Below, in pieces: positions 35,943-52,690 of a DNA stretch of 64,000 bases (position 1 is its first letter; each line of letters begins with the position of its first letter). A model generated the notes under the pieces. The model was given only the letters and a program-made list of their open reading frames with translations. It searched no databases and was not told the origin of the DNA. The stretch is from Geosiphon pyriformis uo1 (Eukaryota; Fungi; Glomeromycota): assembly GCA_016748015.1 (NCBI GenBank), contig JAAOMT010000349.1, forward strand, positions 126,812 to 190,811, read 5' to 3'. A program made the position numbers and the translations under genes.

Positions 35943-38900
35943 TTATCTTTTTCTTTAATATTATGTTTTATTAAAAATTTTATTTTAAATTAAGATATTA
36001 CTTTATTTTTCAATATTGTTTATTTGATTCTGTTTCTTATATTTTTAAATTGAAATTTGATCATACTTCTTATTTGGTTAATAATTATTATTTTTATTTC
36101 TGAATACAGTAATATTTCTAAATAATTTTAAAAGATAATGTGTAATTAATAGATTGTTTTAATATATAATATAAAATTTGTTTTCTTTATTATAAAGTTT
36201 TTAACTTGTTGTACTATTTGTTGATTGAATATTTTTTTGAATTTATCTGTATACAACTTCTAAATATTTAACTTTTATTCTAATTGATAATAATAGTATG
36301 TTGTTAAAAGTTGTTTTATTTATAAATTTTAATTTTTTTTAATCAATTTTTCTGTTAGAATAGTAATTAATATTTTTTCAAAAATGTTTTTTACTTTTTT
36401 TATTATTTTATTTAACCAGTAATTTGTTTATTTTTGCAGTTACTAATATAAAGTAATATTTTTTTTTGTGTTTTTATAACAAATTGTTTAATAATTAATG
36501 ATTATTTTTATGTTTAATTGTTGCTAATTTATTGCTTGAAATAGTTATTAATTATTATGTGAATATAATCTGAAATTTCTATTTTTTTCTATTACTTTTG
36601 TTATATATATTGGTTTTTTATATATTTTTAATTGATTTAATAACTGTATTTTTTCTAATATTAATAATTGGTTCTAGATTTCATGGAATCTTATCTGGTT
36701 TAATTAATATTTTTTGTATTTCTAGTTATAGAATATTAATAATAAATAATAAGACCATATTATAATATAGTTACAGTTTATTACTATATACTGCTTTGGT
36801 TAAAATTTTGCTGTTTAATTTTAGCTTATATGCTTTATTTCTTAAAATTTTTTTAATGTAAAATAAACTATCTTATTTCAAATTAAACTTTTTACTCTAT
36901 TGTTTTTTTACTTTAATACAATATAAAAATATTTTGTTTTTAATTTTAAATTTTACTGATTTGTTTAATAACTGATTGTTATATCATATTTTTTGTTTTT
37001 TTTAAATCTTTATATATTACCAACTGTCTTTTTTCTTTTGTTTTCTAGTGTTTTTATTAAATTATATGTTTTTTTTAACAATATTTTTTAAAAGTTAGCA
37101 TCTGTTATTAGTTTTATTAAATATGTATTGATATTTATCTTAATTGGTAATGTTGCTGTTCTATTTTAAACTAGTTTAAATAGTACTGCTTAAATAATAT
37201 TTTGTTATATTATTTAATAAACAGATAATATTGATAATATAAACAAATTTTATTTGTTTTGATTTTTTTGGTTGATCTTAATTATTGTTTTATATAATAT
37301 TCTGTTAAATTTTAATCAAGCTATTTGTTGTAGATAATAGAAAAATAATAATAGTTTTTTAATTCAAAATTTCTGACTTAATGCTATTAATATTTTGTTT
37401 ACAAAGTAAGTTTTTTGATTCAATAACAATTTTTTTAGACAATTATATCAACAAATTAAATCTTAATATACAAATTTGGCTATAAATTTTGTATCTGCTT
37501 TTAAATGATTTTAGCTTTTGGTTACTTTATAAGATAATTTATAGTATTACTATATATTAGTTGTTTTTATTAGTTATTATTAATAGTTTAACTAAGTTAA
37601 TTCCGATTTTATTAAATAATTATTTTACTTTAATTAATTTTAGTAATTTATTGGGTTTTGTTTCTTGTTTTTTCTAACAACTATTACAATTTTGAATATA
37701 TTAAATAATATTTGAATATATTAATGCCTAATAATATTTTTTTCTAGTTTTTTTTATGATTATTTTTTTATAAAAATATTCTGCTGTTAGATTTAAATAC
37801 ATATTAAATAGTATTGTTTCTTTTTCTAATTCTGTAATTACTCTGAATAGCTGTTTGGTTTTTTTTTGTTTCTTTAGTATATTATATTTTGGTAAATAAT
37901 AAAGAATTTTAATTGTTGTTTTATGTTGTTTTATTTTTTTTGAAATAATTTTTTTTTAAACTATTAAATATTGATATAATATTAAAATTGTTAATATTTT
38001 TGTGTATTTATTTTTTGACTTATTTTTAAGTTAAAATATTCTAGATTTGTTTCATATATGACAAACTATTAGCTTTTTTTATTTTTTTTTATAGTATACA
38101 ATATATTAAAATAATAATAGTTTTAGTTACTATTTTGTATGTTAATTATCCTTAAATTTTTGTTTCTGAATTGATGTTAGCTTTTTGTAATTGATATTAA
38201 TAGCAAATTTTTGACTTAAGTATTTTTTTTATTTAATAATAATTTAATAAATAACAAAATATTTTAATACTAAGATTCTATAATTTTTTTTTGCTAAACT
38301 CTAACTTTGGCTAATATATGCTATTAAATATTTTTGTTTATTTAATTCTCTTTGTCATTGCACAGTTCTTAATACTTGGTTAAATACATACATAGTAATA
38401 ATAAATAACTTGCTGTAATATAAATAGATTAATATTAAAGTTTAAATAAGCTTTTTTTTAGTATATTAAAAGCTTTTTATTATTTTTTAGTTTATTTATA
38501 CTTTATGTTTTTTGCTTAAAACTGATAAAGTGGTTGAGCCAACTTAGAAAAGTTGTGAATAAAACATTAATAATATTTAGCAAATTTTAAAAATAATCAA
38601 AGTTCAATAAAATTAGTGAATACTAAAAAGTTTTTAACTATTTTAATCTTATTTGGATCTGTTTTAATGCTATTTTTGTCAATTACATGTTTCAAAAACA
38701 TGAATTTTGTTTTTTGAAATAAATATTTAGTAGTATTTAATTTTAATCTAATTTTTTCAGTTTTTAAAACATTTGTTGTAAATAATAAAAATAATTATCA
38801 AATGTCTTAAAAAAAACATTAATATTATTTAAGTAAACTATTACTAAAGCTATAGTAATTTAGTATAGACAATTTTTATTAGCTATTGAAAAGTAGCTGA

Positions 38901-40623
38901 AATATTAATTAAGCCAAAAAACATAATATTAAATTCAAAGTTTTTTTTTTGTAATAAATAATGTTTTTTTTATTAACTAAATTTATGACTAATTGTAAGT
39001 AACTACTATCTAAATCTAATGTAAAAGACTATTTTTTTTTTAAATACATAATTTTTTAATAAGTAAAGTTAAATAACTGTTTCTATAAATAATACTGTTA
39101 AGTTTTTTGTAATTTACATAAAACTGAATTTTTTTAATTTTTTTTTAAACAAGTATTATTGATAATAATCATAAGTTTATAAATAATTAGATTAATCTAT
39201 TATTTAATATTTAATTAATTTTTTGTCAAATAATCTTATGATTGATAAATAGTATTTAGTATGTTTTTTGTTTAATTGATATAATATTTTTGGTTTGAAT
39301 CTAATATTAAATAATGTTAGTTTTGCCAAATTTATTTTTATTTGTAAAAATATTAATGAAATTGTTAAGTAATAGTTTGATTTGCATGTATTAAAATAAA
39401 TCTAAATTTTATAAATTTATTTGTTTCAATTATTTTGGTTATAACAAGTAGTATTTTTTTTATTCTTAGATTATTTGTGATATAAAATTCATATATCTAC
39501 ATAGTTATAAAAAGTCTGAAACAATAAAGAGTAATAAATCTTTGACTTTAATATTTAAATATTCAATAATAATTTTATTTGGTATTTTTATTGGATTTTC
39601 TGTTATATTATAAATTGAAATTCAAATGTGCTTGTGATTTTTAACCAATAAATATAGATTAATAATAGCAATCTTTTTTGATTTGCAAATAATAGATTTT
39701 ACTTTAAAAATTTGTAGTTGATTTTTTATTTTTCTTACTATTTTTAATATATATTAATCATATAATAGAATAAAAATTGGTTAATTAGTAAAGATAATTA
39801 TTTTCTATTATATTTATAGATATTTTTATTTTATTTGTAAATCTAAATTTATTTATTTTTCTTATTATTATTTTTAATTTTTTTTATGTTCCCACTATTA
39901 TTAACTAAGCTAATTTAATTAAAGACAAGAATATTGTCTATGTTATTTTTTTATTGAGTTTAATGATATAGGTTTTCTTCAATTTGTTTTATAATATTAT
40001 AATGATATTTTTTATATATTTTGTATTAATTATTCTTCATCTAATGCTAATTTTTTGGTTAAATTAAATTTTAATGCTGATTAATTTATTGTTGTTACTC
40101 AAATTTCCAGTACTATTTTTAAATTTATGCTAATATACAAATAAAATTTCAATATAATAGTGTTTTTTTTAGATTAAATTTAATATTAGTATTATGTGTA
40201 TATTTTGACATAATATTTTCATTATTATTACTAAATTATTTTAGTTTTTGCTTTATTAAAAGATCTAAAAGCATAATATATTATTTGAGATTTAAATTAA
40301 AATTTGAATTATTGAAATTATTATTAATTTAGGCAAAATTAAAGCTGTTATTATTGTTATTATTAGAATTAAAATTAGGATTAATTATTAATTTTAAATT
40401 TTATATGTATTTTTTGATTGATTTTTCTTTTAAAATAATATAAATCATATGAAATAATAGATTGTAAACAATATTACAGTTATTATAATATCTAAAATAA
40501 TATAGAATTAGGCTATTTTCACAGAGTTTAGTATTTAACTATTCTAAATGCTGCTCTTGTTTTTTTCTAATAGGTGCTAATTTTTAGTAGTGATTGTAAA
40601 ATTGTTTGAATTGCTTATAATAT

Positions 40624-41588
40624 TGTTATCAGTAAAATTTTAGTTATTAATTAGCATAAAATTACTCTTATAATTTTTATTATTAATTAGCATATATTAA
40701 TATTGTTTCAATTATTACCTATTACTTAATTAAATTATTTAATATTAATATTTAATTATTAACCCAATTTGTACAATAAAAATTAGAATAATTAAATTAA
40801 ACAATACTTTGAACTATGTAATATTCGAGAATTTATTAAAATTTGTAAGAAATTTGTGAAATAATAAATAATACACCAAAATAATAAATAGTTTATTAAA
40901 ATAACTTGTAATTCATCAAAATAAATTTTTAATTCATTTAAATTATGACAAAGAGAAAAATTCAAGTTTATAGATTATTACTACAACAAGTTGTATAAAA
41001 GAAGAGCTTTTTTCTTCTAAAAAATATATCTTACTATAGATATCTGATTTTAAAATATCCTCATTAGTATAATTTAAAATAAAAAATACTTTAAAAAATT
41101 AATTTTTATATTAATTACACTTGAAATTCTCCGAAATACAACTAATATTATGAAATTGATTAGCTACCAATTTTCATAAAACCATTAATAATTTTAGGCC
41201 TAAACCAGAAACAATTCTTATAATAAAATTCTATTTCTTTTATATTTTTTTTATTTTTTTTTATTTTTTTTATTACAAATATTAGAATAGTCTACAGACA
41301 AAATTTCTGTAGAAAAGTTAATTTTTACAGCAAAATAAATATATATTTTTAGTGAATTTTTAGACAAGTAATTTCTGAGAAAGAGTTAATGTTTACTACA
41401 ATATAACTATATAAAATAACTGACACAAAATTGGTCATTCTATTTATAAGCTTAGTAATTCAAATTATAGGAGATAATTTAAAATAAAATTCAGTTATTA
41501 AAAGTTCACTAGCTTTTAGAAAACATAAATAATCAGCAAACAGATATTAATAACAATTAAAAAAAAAGACCAAAAATTTTTGGTAACA
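40624..41588 (+). repeat. 5' LTR of Gypsy A2
   Basis: TGTTAT...GGTAACA; repeat of 49425-50391; homologous to the A1 LTR reverse complement. Confidence 0.92.
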
Positions 41589-44500
41589 TTTAGTGCTTTT
41601 CTATAAATTAATACAGCAATAACAATTTTAAAGTAGTGACTACATTAAACATAACAACTCTAAAATATCATCAATTGATTTACACCTACTGTAAACAACA
41701 ATTTGAAATTCTAAATGAAATTACAGCTTTTTAAAAAACCTTTTTTCAATACATTAAAAACTCAATCAACAATTATTTTTTTGAAACTAAAACATTACAG
41801 AAGTCAAGTAAAATTTTCTTAAAAACTTAATTTGTTACTCAAATAAAGACACAAAAAATATTAATTTTGACAATTATACTATTTATTTTAAAAAACTAAA
41901 TTACAATATTATTCAGTTTTGCAAAAAAATATTTTGTCAACTTATAATTTGTTTTAAAACTCAAACTAGAACCTAAAACAAACAAAAAAAGCAAAAAAAA
42001 AATATTTAATCAGTTTAAACAACATTCAACACACCAAAAACAATCTTTAAACACTTGCAAACACTTAAACAAGAAACTAATTTTAAACTACCATTTTCAA
42101 TTATATTATTCTCAGCTTTATTTGCTCAAACTCAAACACCAAATTTACTATTCAACTGTTTTTTAAGACCAGAAAATTTTTTATTATCAAAAAGACCAAT
42201 ACAACTGCCAGAACAAATTTTTATTAGCACAAACCTTCTTGATTTTCTAGTAGAGAACTGAAGTAATTACTCTAATAACAATAAAAAAATTTCTGAATTT
42301 ACTAAAAAAAGAACTGCAGAAAATAAAATTGCATAAGACATGAAAACTACTTATATTGCAAAAATTAGTAAATTTATTAGTAAAACACTAACACCAGTTC
42401 TCAAGAATAGTTGGACAGAGTTGGAAAAACAGAAAATACAAATAGATAGAATACAGCCAAAATGCTTAAAGCAATTTTCTACTTTCTTTAAAAAACAGCT
42501 TAAAAATGGTTAAGAATTTGGCTAAACTATTTGATAATTAGCAAGCATTCAAAAATGCTTTTTTGAAACAATTTATTGACAACAATATATCTATTACTTT
42601 TTAAAACTAATTCTAAAACATCAAGCAAAAACTATCTAAATTTGTTATGATTTATCTTAGAAAATTTAATAAATTTCTTAAACAAATTTGACAATTGAAA
42701 ACCAATAACCAAGTTTTGGATCAATTTATTGCTGGATTAAAAAATAAATTAATCAAAAAAGTTTGTTTTCATGTTTTAATAAACTTATTACAGCTATTTA
42801 ATATGCTAAGAATTATAAAATAGCAATAAAAAAAGTAAATTACACCAAACTTATGAATTTTACAATTGGAAAAACCAGTTTAGCAGCCAAAAAAAAGATT
42901 GATTAATTGACAAAAAAGATCAAAAAATATTTCACCAACAAATAACAACAGCAGCAACAAAAATATTAGCCACTACAATAATGAAATCAAAGCAGCTTTT
43001 TTTTATTATTATTCAACAACCAATTTCAAAACTGCTATTATTGTAAAATTTCAGAATACTGGAAACAAAATTGTAAAAAGATACAAAGAGACCAGCAAAA
43101 CCAAAATAATAAATATTATTTTCAATCACAACAATTTTATTACCAATCTTTATTATTGTATTATCTATTCAAATCTTAGTATTAAACTAACTATTATTAA
43201 TCTATTCTATAATTGATACAACAATATTAATTATTATCTACATAACAATATCAAGTACCAGTATAAAGATTGGTTTAAAAAAACCAATTTATATCTTAAA
43301 ACCAATTTGCAATAAGCAATAACAGACTTAATTTCAACAATTAATTAGTTACCCAAAATCTAGTTTAGCAAAAACCAACACACTATTATATACAACTCAG
43401 TTATTTTACAATATTAAAAAAAATCGAATTTTTAGCATACTGTATTTTATGAAAATAAAGCTACAACTTCAAAACAAAATTTTTCAGTAATACAATTCTA
43501 TTAATTAGAATTGCCCAAAATGCCAACCTCTTTAATATATTTCTATTTGAATTTAAAGCAAATAAATCACTATTTTTGCTTAGCAATACAGCCATTATTA
43601 AACAGAAAGCAATTACAGCTATATACATTAAAGCTAAAGTAGAAAAAAAGCCAATTCGGTTAATCTTAGACAATAAATTTGCAGAAAACATTATTACCTA
43701 TTAGTTAATACAACAACTACAATGAAACATCAACAGATCTGTTTAAATAGTCATTGTTATAGCCAATAGCATGAAAAAACCTTTAGTAAAAGATATTAAT
43801 AACTTCTTATTTACAATCAATAAAATTACTATTCAATTAAAGTTTTTGTTATAGATGCATTTCAATATTAAACTTTTGTCAAAAACAATTGGCTCTTCAA
43901 AACCAATATAAATTTAGATTAGAAAATCCAAAAACTAAAAATTTTATACCAAAGACAATACACAAAAGTACTTATTACTTGTGATACTTTCAACAAATAG
44001 TCGAAAAAAGCCACAGTATTTGAATTTAAATAAGAAAAAAAAATGCCAATTATTAAAACCTATATGGCTCTTAAATTAGTATCCAATTGAACCAAAAAAA
44101 CAGAACAAATTTTTTTTGAATAGATCAGAGAATAGAATATTGCTTACTATTCTAAGCCAGAACCACAAAACAACTTCCATATATTCTATTTAAATACAAA
44201 AATTGTAATAAAAAGCTTTTATCTATAGAAGTATGTATATTATCAAAAGAAAAATACAAGATATGTACTTGCTATTACTATAAAATCTGCTACCAAAAAT
44301 GACTTAAATATCCAAACAAAGCAAAGAATGGAACAACATCTTTTGTCTTATATATAGAAAACTATTATCAGAAAAATACAACTGGATCAATATTACAATA
44401 AAAGAAAGAGTTTGTAATCAAACTTGTTAATATGTTTTATTAATTACAGAAAAAATCTACAAAAAAACCTTTTTTAATACAGTATACAACAGTATTCTAA

Positions 44501-47500
44501 ACAAACTCTATTATTATTCACACAATATAGAGATGATTTATGAACCAGTCATAGTTCTGATTAACAAAAAAACCCAAAAAGATGTCTGCCAAATAAAAAA
44601 ACTGAATACATTGAATACACCTTTGAAATTGCTAAATACAACTATAAAAATAAAGTAGAAATATTCTATTAAATCGTTAGTTATACTTGTTTAATTTAAA
44701 AAGCTTAAATTTAACAATTAAAGCAAATAAACATTCAATTATATAAAAATACATTATGTCTTGTAATAAAAAAAAGTTTCAGAATATTATGCTCTTAGCA
44801 TCTTTTTGTCCAGTAAAACAACAAGCATAAAATCGAATTTAAAAAACCTAAGCCAAAAGAAGAAATTACAACAACATTAATTTATCTAATTGAAAATTAA
44901 TCTGCTATACAACTCAAGTATTTTGACAATAATAGTCAAGAAATCAAGCCAGAAAAAGCCCACGAAATTAATGCTAGATATGGTCTATAATACTCAAACA
45001 AAGATACTCTAATTATTTAATCCAAGTTTCTAACAAAGATTAATCTTAAAATTGCTCTTAAAATAGTACCAAAAACAATAATTCAAATTACTTTCCAATT
45101 ATTATTGGCAAGCAAAAAAATCAATGTTAAAAGAAAAATTATTGTTGTAAAACACATTAGAAATATCATTATTATGCTACAAAACAAAACTAAAAAACCA
45201 TTTAAAATCAAATATGCTGAAAAAATTGCCCAAGCTATTTATTTATTCTTAATTAATATTTCAGGTTTGTAATTAATTAGATCAAGAAAACAATTAAGAA
45301 AAAATGAAAAAAAATTCAAGGTTTTGGTTCAACTAAACAATTTATAGTTTCAATAAATATAATTCTCAAGACACAGAATGAATCTTACCAGATTTTTCAA
45401 TTTTTCTAACCAATTACTATATCATTTTTTAGGAAAACATTACAAAATTTACACTTGTCTAAAATTAACTATTATTCAACAAATTTTCGAATCTAATAAA
45501 CAAATTTGTTAAAAGCATAAAATTTCAATCTTAAATGTTTATATTCCAAAAAAAATAAAAAAGTTTTAAGTTATATTTTATAACTCTAACAACTATTTTA
45601 TTGTTCTATTAGATAGATTAAAAATCAGAATTATAAATAAAAATATCTTTCAAGATAAAAATTTTCAGATTATTGCTAATTTTATTGAAATTATAAGACA
45701 TACTTTGTTTTCAACCCCAAAATTCTGTCTATTACTAAAAACTACTACTTTATTAAAAAAACTTTTTTGAATCAACATAAATCTTTTAAAATTCCAACAA
45801 CAAAAACAATTGAAATAGTTAATTGCCAAATATGCTAATATATTTGTTAAATACAACAATAATCTCAGAAAAACTAATATTGTGTAGTATTAAATTTACA
45901 CAAAAAATGCTTTACTAAAACACTAATAAACCTATTAAGTCTTATCAGCCAATTACTAATTCATCAAAAAAAAATACAACAAATGCTTAAAAATAATTTC
46001 ATCTAACTATCAATAAGTTTTTGGGCTTTACTAATAGTTTTTGTTAAAAAAAAAATTGGCAAGATCAGATTTTATATAAATTATCATTCATTCAACAGTA
46101 TAATAATTAAAAATACATACTTTCTTTTAAAAATTAACAATATGCTAGATACTCTTAGGAAAGTCAAGTTTTTTTCAAATTTAGGCTTAAAAAGCAGATA
46201 CTAACAAATTAAAATGGATCCAAAGAACTGCCCTAAAACAGTATTTATTACACAAAAAAAACTACAAATTTAATGTTATGCTTTTTAGACTCTATAATAT
46301 ACCAGCAATATTCCAACAACTAATAGATGTTATTTATAAAAAATTTTTATGACAATTAGTAATTGTCTATTTAGATAATACTGATATTTATTTCTCAACT
46401 TTTGAAGCTTATTTTATACATTTGTAAAAAGTATTTTAATGATTACAAAATGCAAAATTGAAACTAAATATTGAGAAATATCATTTTAAGAAAACAAGCC
46501 TAATTTTTTAGAACATATTATTAACAAAAATGAAGTTCAACCAAATTTAGAAATAATTAATACTGTTAAAAATTTTCAAACTTCCTAAAATATTACAGAA
46601 TTAAGAGAATTTATTAGATTAACTTCTTACTATCAAAAATTCATTAAAAAATTCTTCAAAATTACAAAACTTTATAACCATTTAATTAACAAAAATATGC
46701 TATATTAATGGACTAATGAACAGTAAAAAGCATTTGAAACTCTTAAAATAAAATTAACAACAGTCCTAATTTTTGCTTATTTAGACTTTAATAAATAGTT
46801 TTATTTAGCCATTAATGTTTTATATATAGCATTTGGTGCCATCTTATTACAGTTAAATAATAATAAAAATAAGTAAATTATTGTCTATACTAGTAAAATA
46901 CTCAAACCAACTAAAACCAAATATAATTCTATTAAACTAGAAGCAGCAGCTATTATTTGAGCCTTAAAGTACTTTTAACAATATCTGCAAAATAGAAAAA
47001 AATTTAACATTATAATTGACAATATTGGTTTTAAATAGCTTAACAAAAAAGGATCAGAATTCAATACAAAACAATTCTGATGAACTGATTTTCTTGCTAA
47101 TTACAAATATATTATATATTATAAATCAAGAAAATTATATACTAACATAAATAGTCTCTTAAAAATAAAGCAGAATTAATACCAACCCCAACTTTACCAC
47201 AATTTACCAGTTCAACTACAACAAACAATCAACAAAAAATAGATTCTGAAAATTATAATAACATCAAAAATTATTTGGAGACTTTTATTATGTCAAAAAA
47301 CTGGTCTTTAATCGAAAATTAATAATTAAAATATTAATTAAAACAATATTTTTTATATCACAACAAAATTAATTATCGAAATTATAGAAATTCAATCAAT
47401 TTACTCAGATTAATTAAAGAAAATAAAAAAAAACCCATTTTTTACAACATGTATACAGATCTATTATCAGCATATCTAAAAAGAAATAATATAATTTAAA

Positions 47501-49424
47501 AAACTTTAAAACATTATTTTTAGCCTTACATATAAAAAAACATTTAACAATATGTAAAATCATGTGATAATTGTCAAAAAAAAGAAGAATTTGTCTTACT
47601 AAATCTTTAAATCCAATCAAAGTTAAACAACTGTTTAAAAGAGTTGGTATTAATTTAATTGAACCACTATTTATTACCATTCAAGAAAACTGTTATATTA
47701 TAATTGCAGTAAATTATCTTATCAAATGGCCTAAAATTAAAGCCATCCAAAAAGCAAATGCAAAATTGATAGCGAATTTCATCTATAAAAATATTATTTG
47801 TAGACATAGATGTTCAATTGAACTCTTATTCAATTAAAAACACACTTTGTGAATCACTTAATACAAAAAATTTGTGAATAATTTAATGTTAAAAAACTCT
47901 TATTATTACTTTATTATTCTTAAACAAATAGATTAATAGAATGTTTTAACTGAATATTGTGTGACTTATTAGCTAAAATCTCAACTAATTTTAAACAAAA
48001 ATGAGATATCATTATTTTATCAGTATTACTAGCATATAAATACTAAAACAAGAATGAATAAAACACACACTATTTGATTTAACTTATAAAAAACAGCAAT
48101 ATTACCAATTAACTTTGCTGTAAAAACATATTCAATGCAATTCATTATTGAAAAAAACTTTAAAAAAACACTTTAATAAAAAGTTTATACTCTTCTTAAT
48201 ATATTAAAAAAAAATAACAAATTGCAGCCACCTATATTAAATACTTACAAGTTCAACCAAAAAAATAACATAACAACAAATTGCCACCAACCACTAACAA
48301 ATTCAAAGTTGGAACTAAAGTTTTCTTATATAAAACTAAGATTAAAAAACAATAAAGTAAAAAATTTCAACATAAATAAGGTAGATTCTTTTATATTCAT
48401 AAAATCTTAGAAATAGATCATATAAATTAAGACTTGATAACAAAATTCTAGTAAAAATTGTATATCGAAATTACCTAAAACAATATTATTTCAGAAACAA
48501 TCCTGAACTATTAATTTTACAAATTAGTACATATTCTCTTTTAATTAATTTAAAGATATTTCTCAAAATTTAGAACCAATAGTTAAAATAAAACAACAAC
48601 CAAACCCGAATATTTAATTTAATGTTATTATAAATTTTTAATAATATCTAAATGTAAAACAAAAATAGTAAATAAATACAAAAAAAACCAAAACCAAAAA
48701 TATATAAACCTTATACTCAAAAATATTCTTTTATTTTCAAATCATTTAAAATTTTATTGACTTACTTTTATTATAATTATTTTCTAAAACATTTATCAAA
48801 TGTCCTAAAAATTAATGTCAACTTTAAAAATATTTCTTGACTTATTTATAATAATCAATAAAAATCAAATTAATTATACTTAAAAAAAAACTATATTACT
48901 AGTAGTAAATAATTTTCAGAATTATTACTCTTATTAAAAGAACACAAAAAATTACTCTGGAATTCAATTACCAGAACTTTTAAAGCAAGCTTTAAAAAAA
49001 GCTTTTTATTTACTCTTATTAATATTTTACCAAATGTCACAACTTAACAAAAGCTTTAACTATTTTTAAATATTTTTATATTAGAAAAACACTATATAAA
49101 CAAAACTGAAACTCAAAACAACAAATTTTACTTCTAAAACTATATAAAAACAATTTCACAATGAATTCAAAACAGCAGTTAAACCAATAAATACTTATTA
49201 TAAACTTAAAGCAGCTTATAAACTTTATGACTTATTTAATATTTGTAAAAACGTTTTACATAACCCAATACTTTAATCAATAAAGATTCAATACATTGGC
49301 AAATTCACAGAACTAAAATTTCAACAATTTTTAGACCAAATTACTTGAATCATTTTGGACCATTATTTTAATATTACAGATAGTGCTTAAACTTCAATAA
49401 AGCTCAATCTTAAAGAAAAAATAA

Positions 49425-50391
49425 TGTTATTAATAGAATTTTAGTTATTAATTAGCATGAAATTATTTTCATAATTTTTATTATTAATTATCATATATTA
49501 ATATTATTTCAATTATTACCTATTACTTAATCAAATTATCAAATATTAATATTTAATTAATAATCTAATTTGTACAATAGAAATTAGAATAATTAAATTA
49601 CACAATACTCCAAATTATATAATATTCAAGAAGTTGTTGAAATTGTAGAAAATTTGATGAAATAATAGATAATGTACCAAAATAGTAAATAATTCGTTGA
49701 AATAACTTGTAGCTCATTAAAATAAATATTTAGTTTGTCTAAATCATAGCAAAGAAAAAAAGTTCAAGTTTATAAACTAATACTATAACAAATTGTATAA
49801 AAAAAGAGCTTTTCTTTTCGAAAAAATATATTTTACCATAGAAATTTGACTTTAGAATTATTTTTATTAGTATAATTTCAAATAAAAAATACTTTAAAAA
49901 ACCAATTCTCTCATTAATTACACTTGAAATTCTTTGAAATCTAACTAATATTTTGAAATTAATTACCTGCCAATTTCTATAAAACTGTTAGTAACTTCAG
50001 GCCTAAACCAGAAACAATTCTCATAACAAAATTTCATTTTTTTTATATTTTTTTATTTCTCTTTATTTTTTTTATTACAAATATTAAGATAGTTTACAAA
50101 CAAAATTCCCGTAAAAAAATTGACTTTTACAGTAAAGTAACTACATATTTTTAGTAAGCTTTTAAATAAGTAATTCCTAGGAAAGAGTTAATATTTATTA
50201 CAATATAACTATTTAAAATAATTAGCATAAAATTAACCATTCTACTTGTAAGTCCAGCAGTTCAAATTATAGAAGATTATTTGAAAATAAAATTTAATTA
50301 TTGAAGATTTACTAACTTCCAAAAAACATGAATTAATAGCAAACAAATATTAACAATATTCAAGAAAAAAAACCATAAACTTCTGATAATA
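49425..50391 (+). repeat. 3' LTR of Gypsy A2
   Basis: Preceded by eroded PPT aaagaaaaaataa; repeat of 40624-41588. Confidence 0.92.
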
Positions 50392-52690
50392 ATATTAATA
50401 AATATATTCAAATTTGAAATAAAAATAGGTTTAAAGAGTTTTGGTGAATTATTTTTGATCCTTAATCTCTCATTAGATAAAATACTTTCAATTTTGGCAC
50501 TTATTATTTTTCAAATTTCATTTTTATTGTATAGATAACTATTTAATTATAAAAGAGCTCTGTTCTATATAGCATCTATGGACATTTTTTTTTATTTAAT
50601 TGTTAATAAAAATTATGTATTGACATGATTTGTTACATATTTTTTTGTCTAAAAAAATCTCTTTGCAAATAAGACAAAGTTTATTATCTTACTTTTTTTG
50701 TTGTTTTAGTTATTCAAAGCATTTTTAATAACAAGATTTACAGTAATAACAAATGTATATTTCATATTTTTTCTTTAATAATATATAAATTTTTATAAAT
50801 AAAAGCTTTTTGTTATAATTTTTACATTTGAATAAATATAAAATAATTGTTTTCTTGATTTTTGTGTCAAGTATAAAACATATTAACTGTTAATTAATTT
50901 ATTTATAGAAATAATAATATATGAAATATAAGTAAAAGTAGTAGCTTTTGGATTATTATTTTTTTTTTTTCTTTTTTTTTATATAAATACTAATAGTAAT
51001 TTATTATAGTCTTATTCAGTTTAAAATATTTAATAAAACTTTTTAAGTAGATTTTTTTTTTTAGCTCAATTAATAATTGCTTACTTAAATAAATTTTCAA
51101 ATTACTACAAATAGCAGATATTTTATTTTACTAATAATTATAATTTAGCTAAAGTTCCTAAATATTTTAGTTAAGCATAGCATTAGTTTTAGATAGCTAA
51201 TTATTACCAATAAGAGCTTAATATTGTATAATTTTTATGACCAAACTTTGATGGACATAATAATATTATTAATTTTAAATAAAAGTTATTAATTTTACTA
51301 ATAGGAGTTTTTTTTATTCTATTAATAATAATAATTTTGGTACTAACAATTCAATTAATTTGGTAACCTAGTTGATTCATAAGTTGCTTTATAATACTGC
51401 TGTCTGTTGAATTACTATTAAAAATTAGCTTGATAAAACAACCATTAATTTTAATATCTGTATATATAGTGATAATAAATTTGGTGTCAAAAGTAATTCT
51501 ACTAAATAGAAGTATTAATTTAAGATTTTTTAAATCAAAAAAAAATATTATAGCAAATAATTTGTTTTTTGTAATTATAACAGATAAAATATTATTAGTA
51601 AATGATTTTTAAGTTTTTAAGTTAAATAAAATATTTTCTGAAGCTGCCAAAAGACTTAAGTAGCTCTGAAATTTTGGGTTTTAGATATATTTACTTTTCA
51701 AACTCTACTAATATAATTCTGATTATTGATTATATATTAGAAATTAATTAGAACATAATTATTACTAATTTTCAATTTTGTTAAGTGTAAATAATTCTTA
51801 GTCTTTGGTTTTCAATTGATAATTGAGCTAAATTTTGTAATAATATTTGAATTTGTAAAAGTTAATAAACTATTTATAATTATAGGACTTGATAAATTAC
51901 TTGTATTGATATTTGATATATTGGAAATATATATATTAACTAGTAGATTAATATTGTTGTGACTTTGTTAAACTATTGATATAATTCGGATTTAAAATTT
52001 GCAATTAAAGTTTTTATATTAATTTTCTAATTGTAACTTATTCATTTTAAGTAATATTTTGTTTTTATATGTTTTTGTCTGTAATAATAATAACAAATAC
52101 ACATTTTTTATTGTTAGAATTAATTTGTTAATTATAATAATAATAATAAATATAATTAATGCTAAAATTAATTAAAGTTTTTTTGATTATTATAATGTTG
52201 AAAAAATTAATAAATTGCTTAATTCTTAACTAAGTATCTTTCAATCTTCTAATTGATTGATTTACTAAATTGTTTTAATTTAGTATCCAATTTAGATAAT
52301 CTGTTTATTATTAAATTTATGGCTTAGACATAATTGGCTTTAAGCTCAGCTGATTCAAAATTTTTGGCATAAATAACAGTGTTTTAGAATGTGTTTTAAT
52401 ATAATAAACATACTTATTATAATAAACTGCTACATAATCTTTAAATAAATTAATTCAAAATTTGTGGTACTGTAAAATAATCTGTGTTAATGGCTTAAAT
52501 TTGGTATAAGTTTAAATAAAAATATCTTAAGTCTATAGTAATTGCTTCAATATTGCTTTGTTTGATAGCAGAAAATTCTATTAACAGTTATTTAATATTA
52601 TTATAATTACTAAAATATTGTAAAAAGTTTTTTTAAAAGTATTAAAAGTCTAAGACTTATTAATTAGACTTTAATATTATGAGTTAACAA

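Larger units (their letters stand above)
40624..50391 (+). mobile_element. Ty3/Gypsy family A copy A2, full length, eroded
   Basis: LTRs 40624-41588 and 49425-50391; TSD ATAT (40620-40623, 50392-50395); eroded PBS tagtgcttttctat at 41591. Colinear with A1 through gag, PR, Cys-rich, dUTPase (~44940-45340), RT (YLDN at ~46367), RH, IN (from 47239) and ORF3 (from ~48773). Confidence 0.93.

Noticed and set aside
52670-52690. PBS of family B
   Set aside because: The sequence next to the LTR (ttgttaactc on minus) lacks a recoverable TGG, and the 5' internal region appears deleted.
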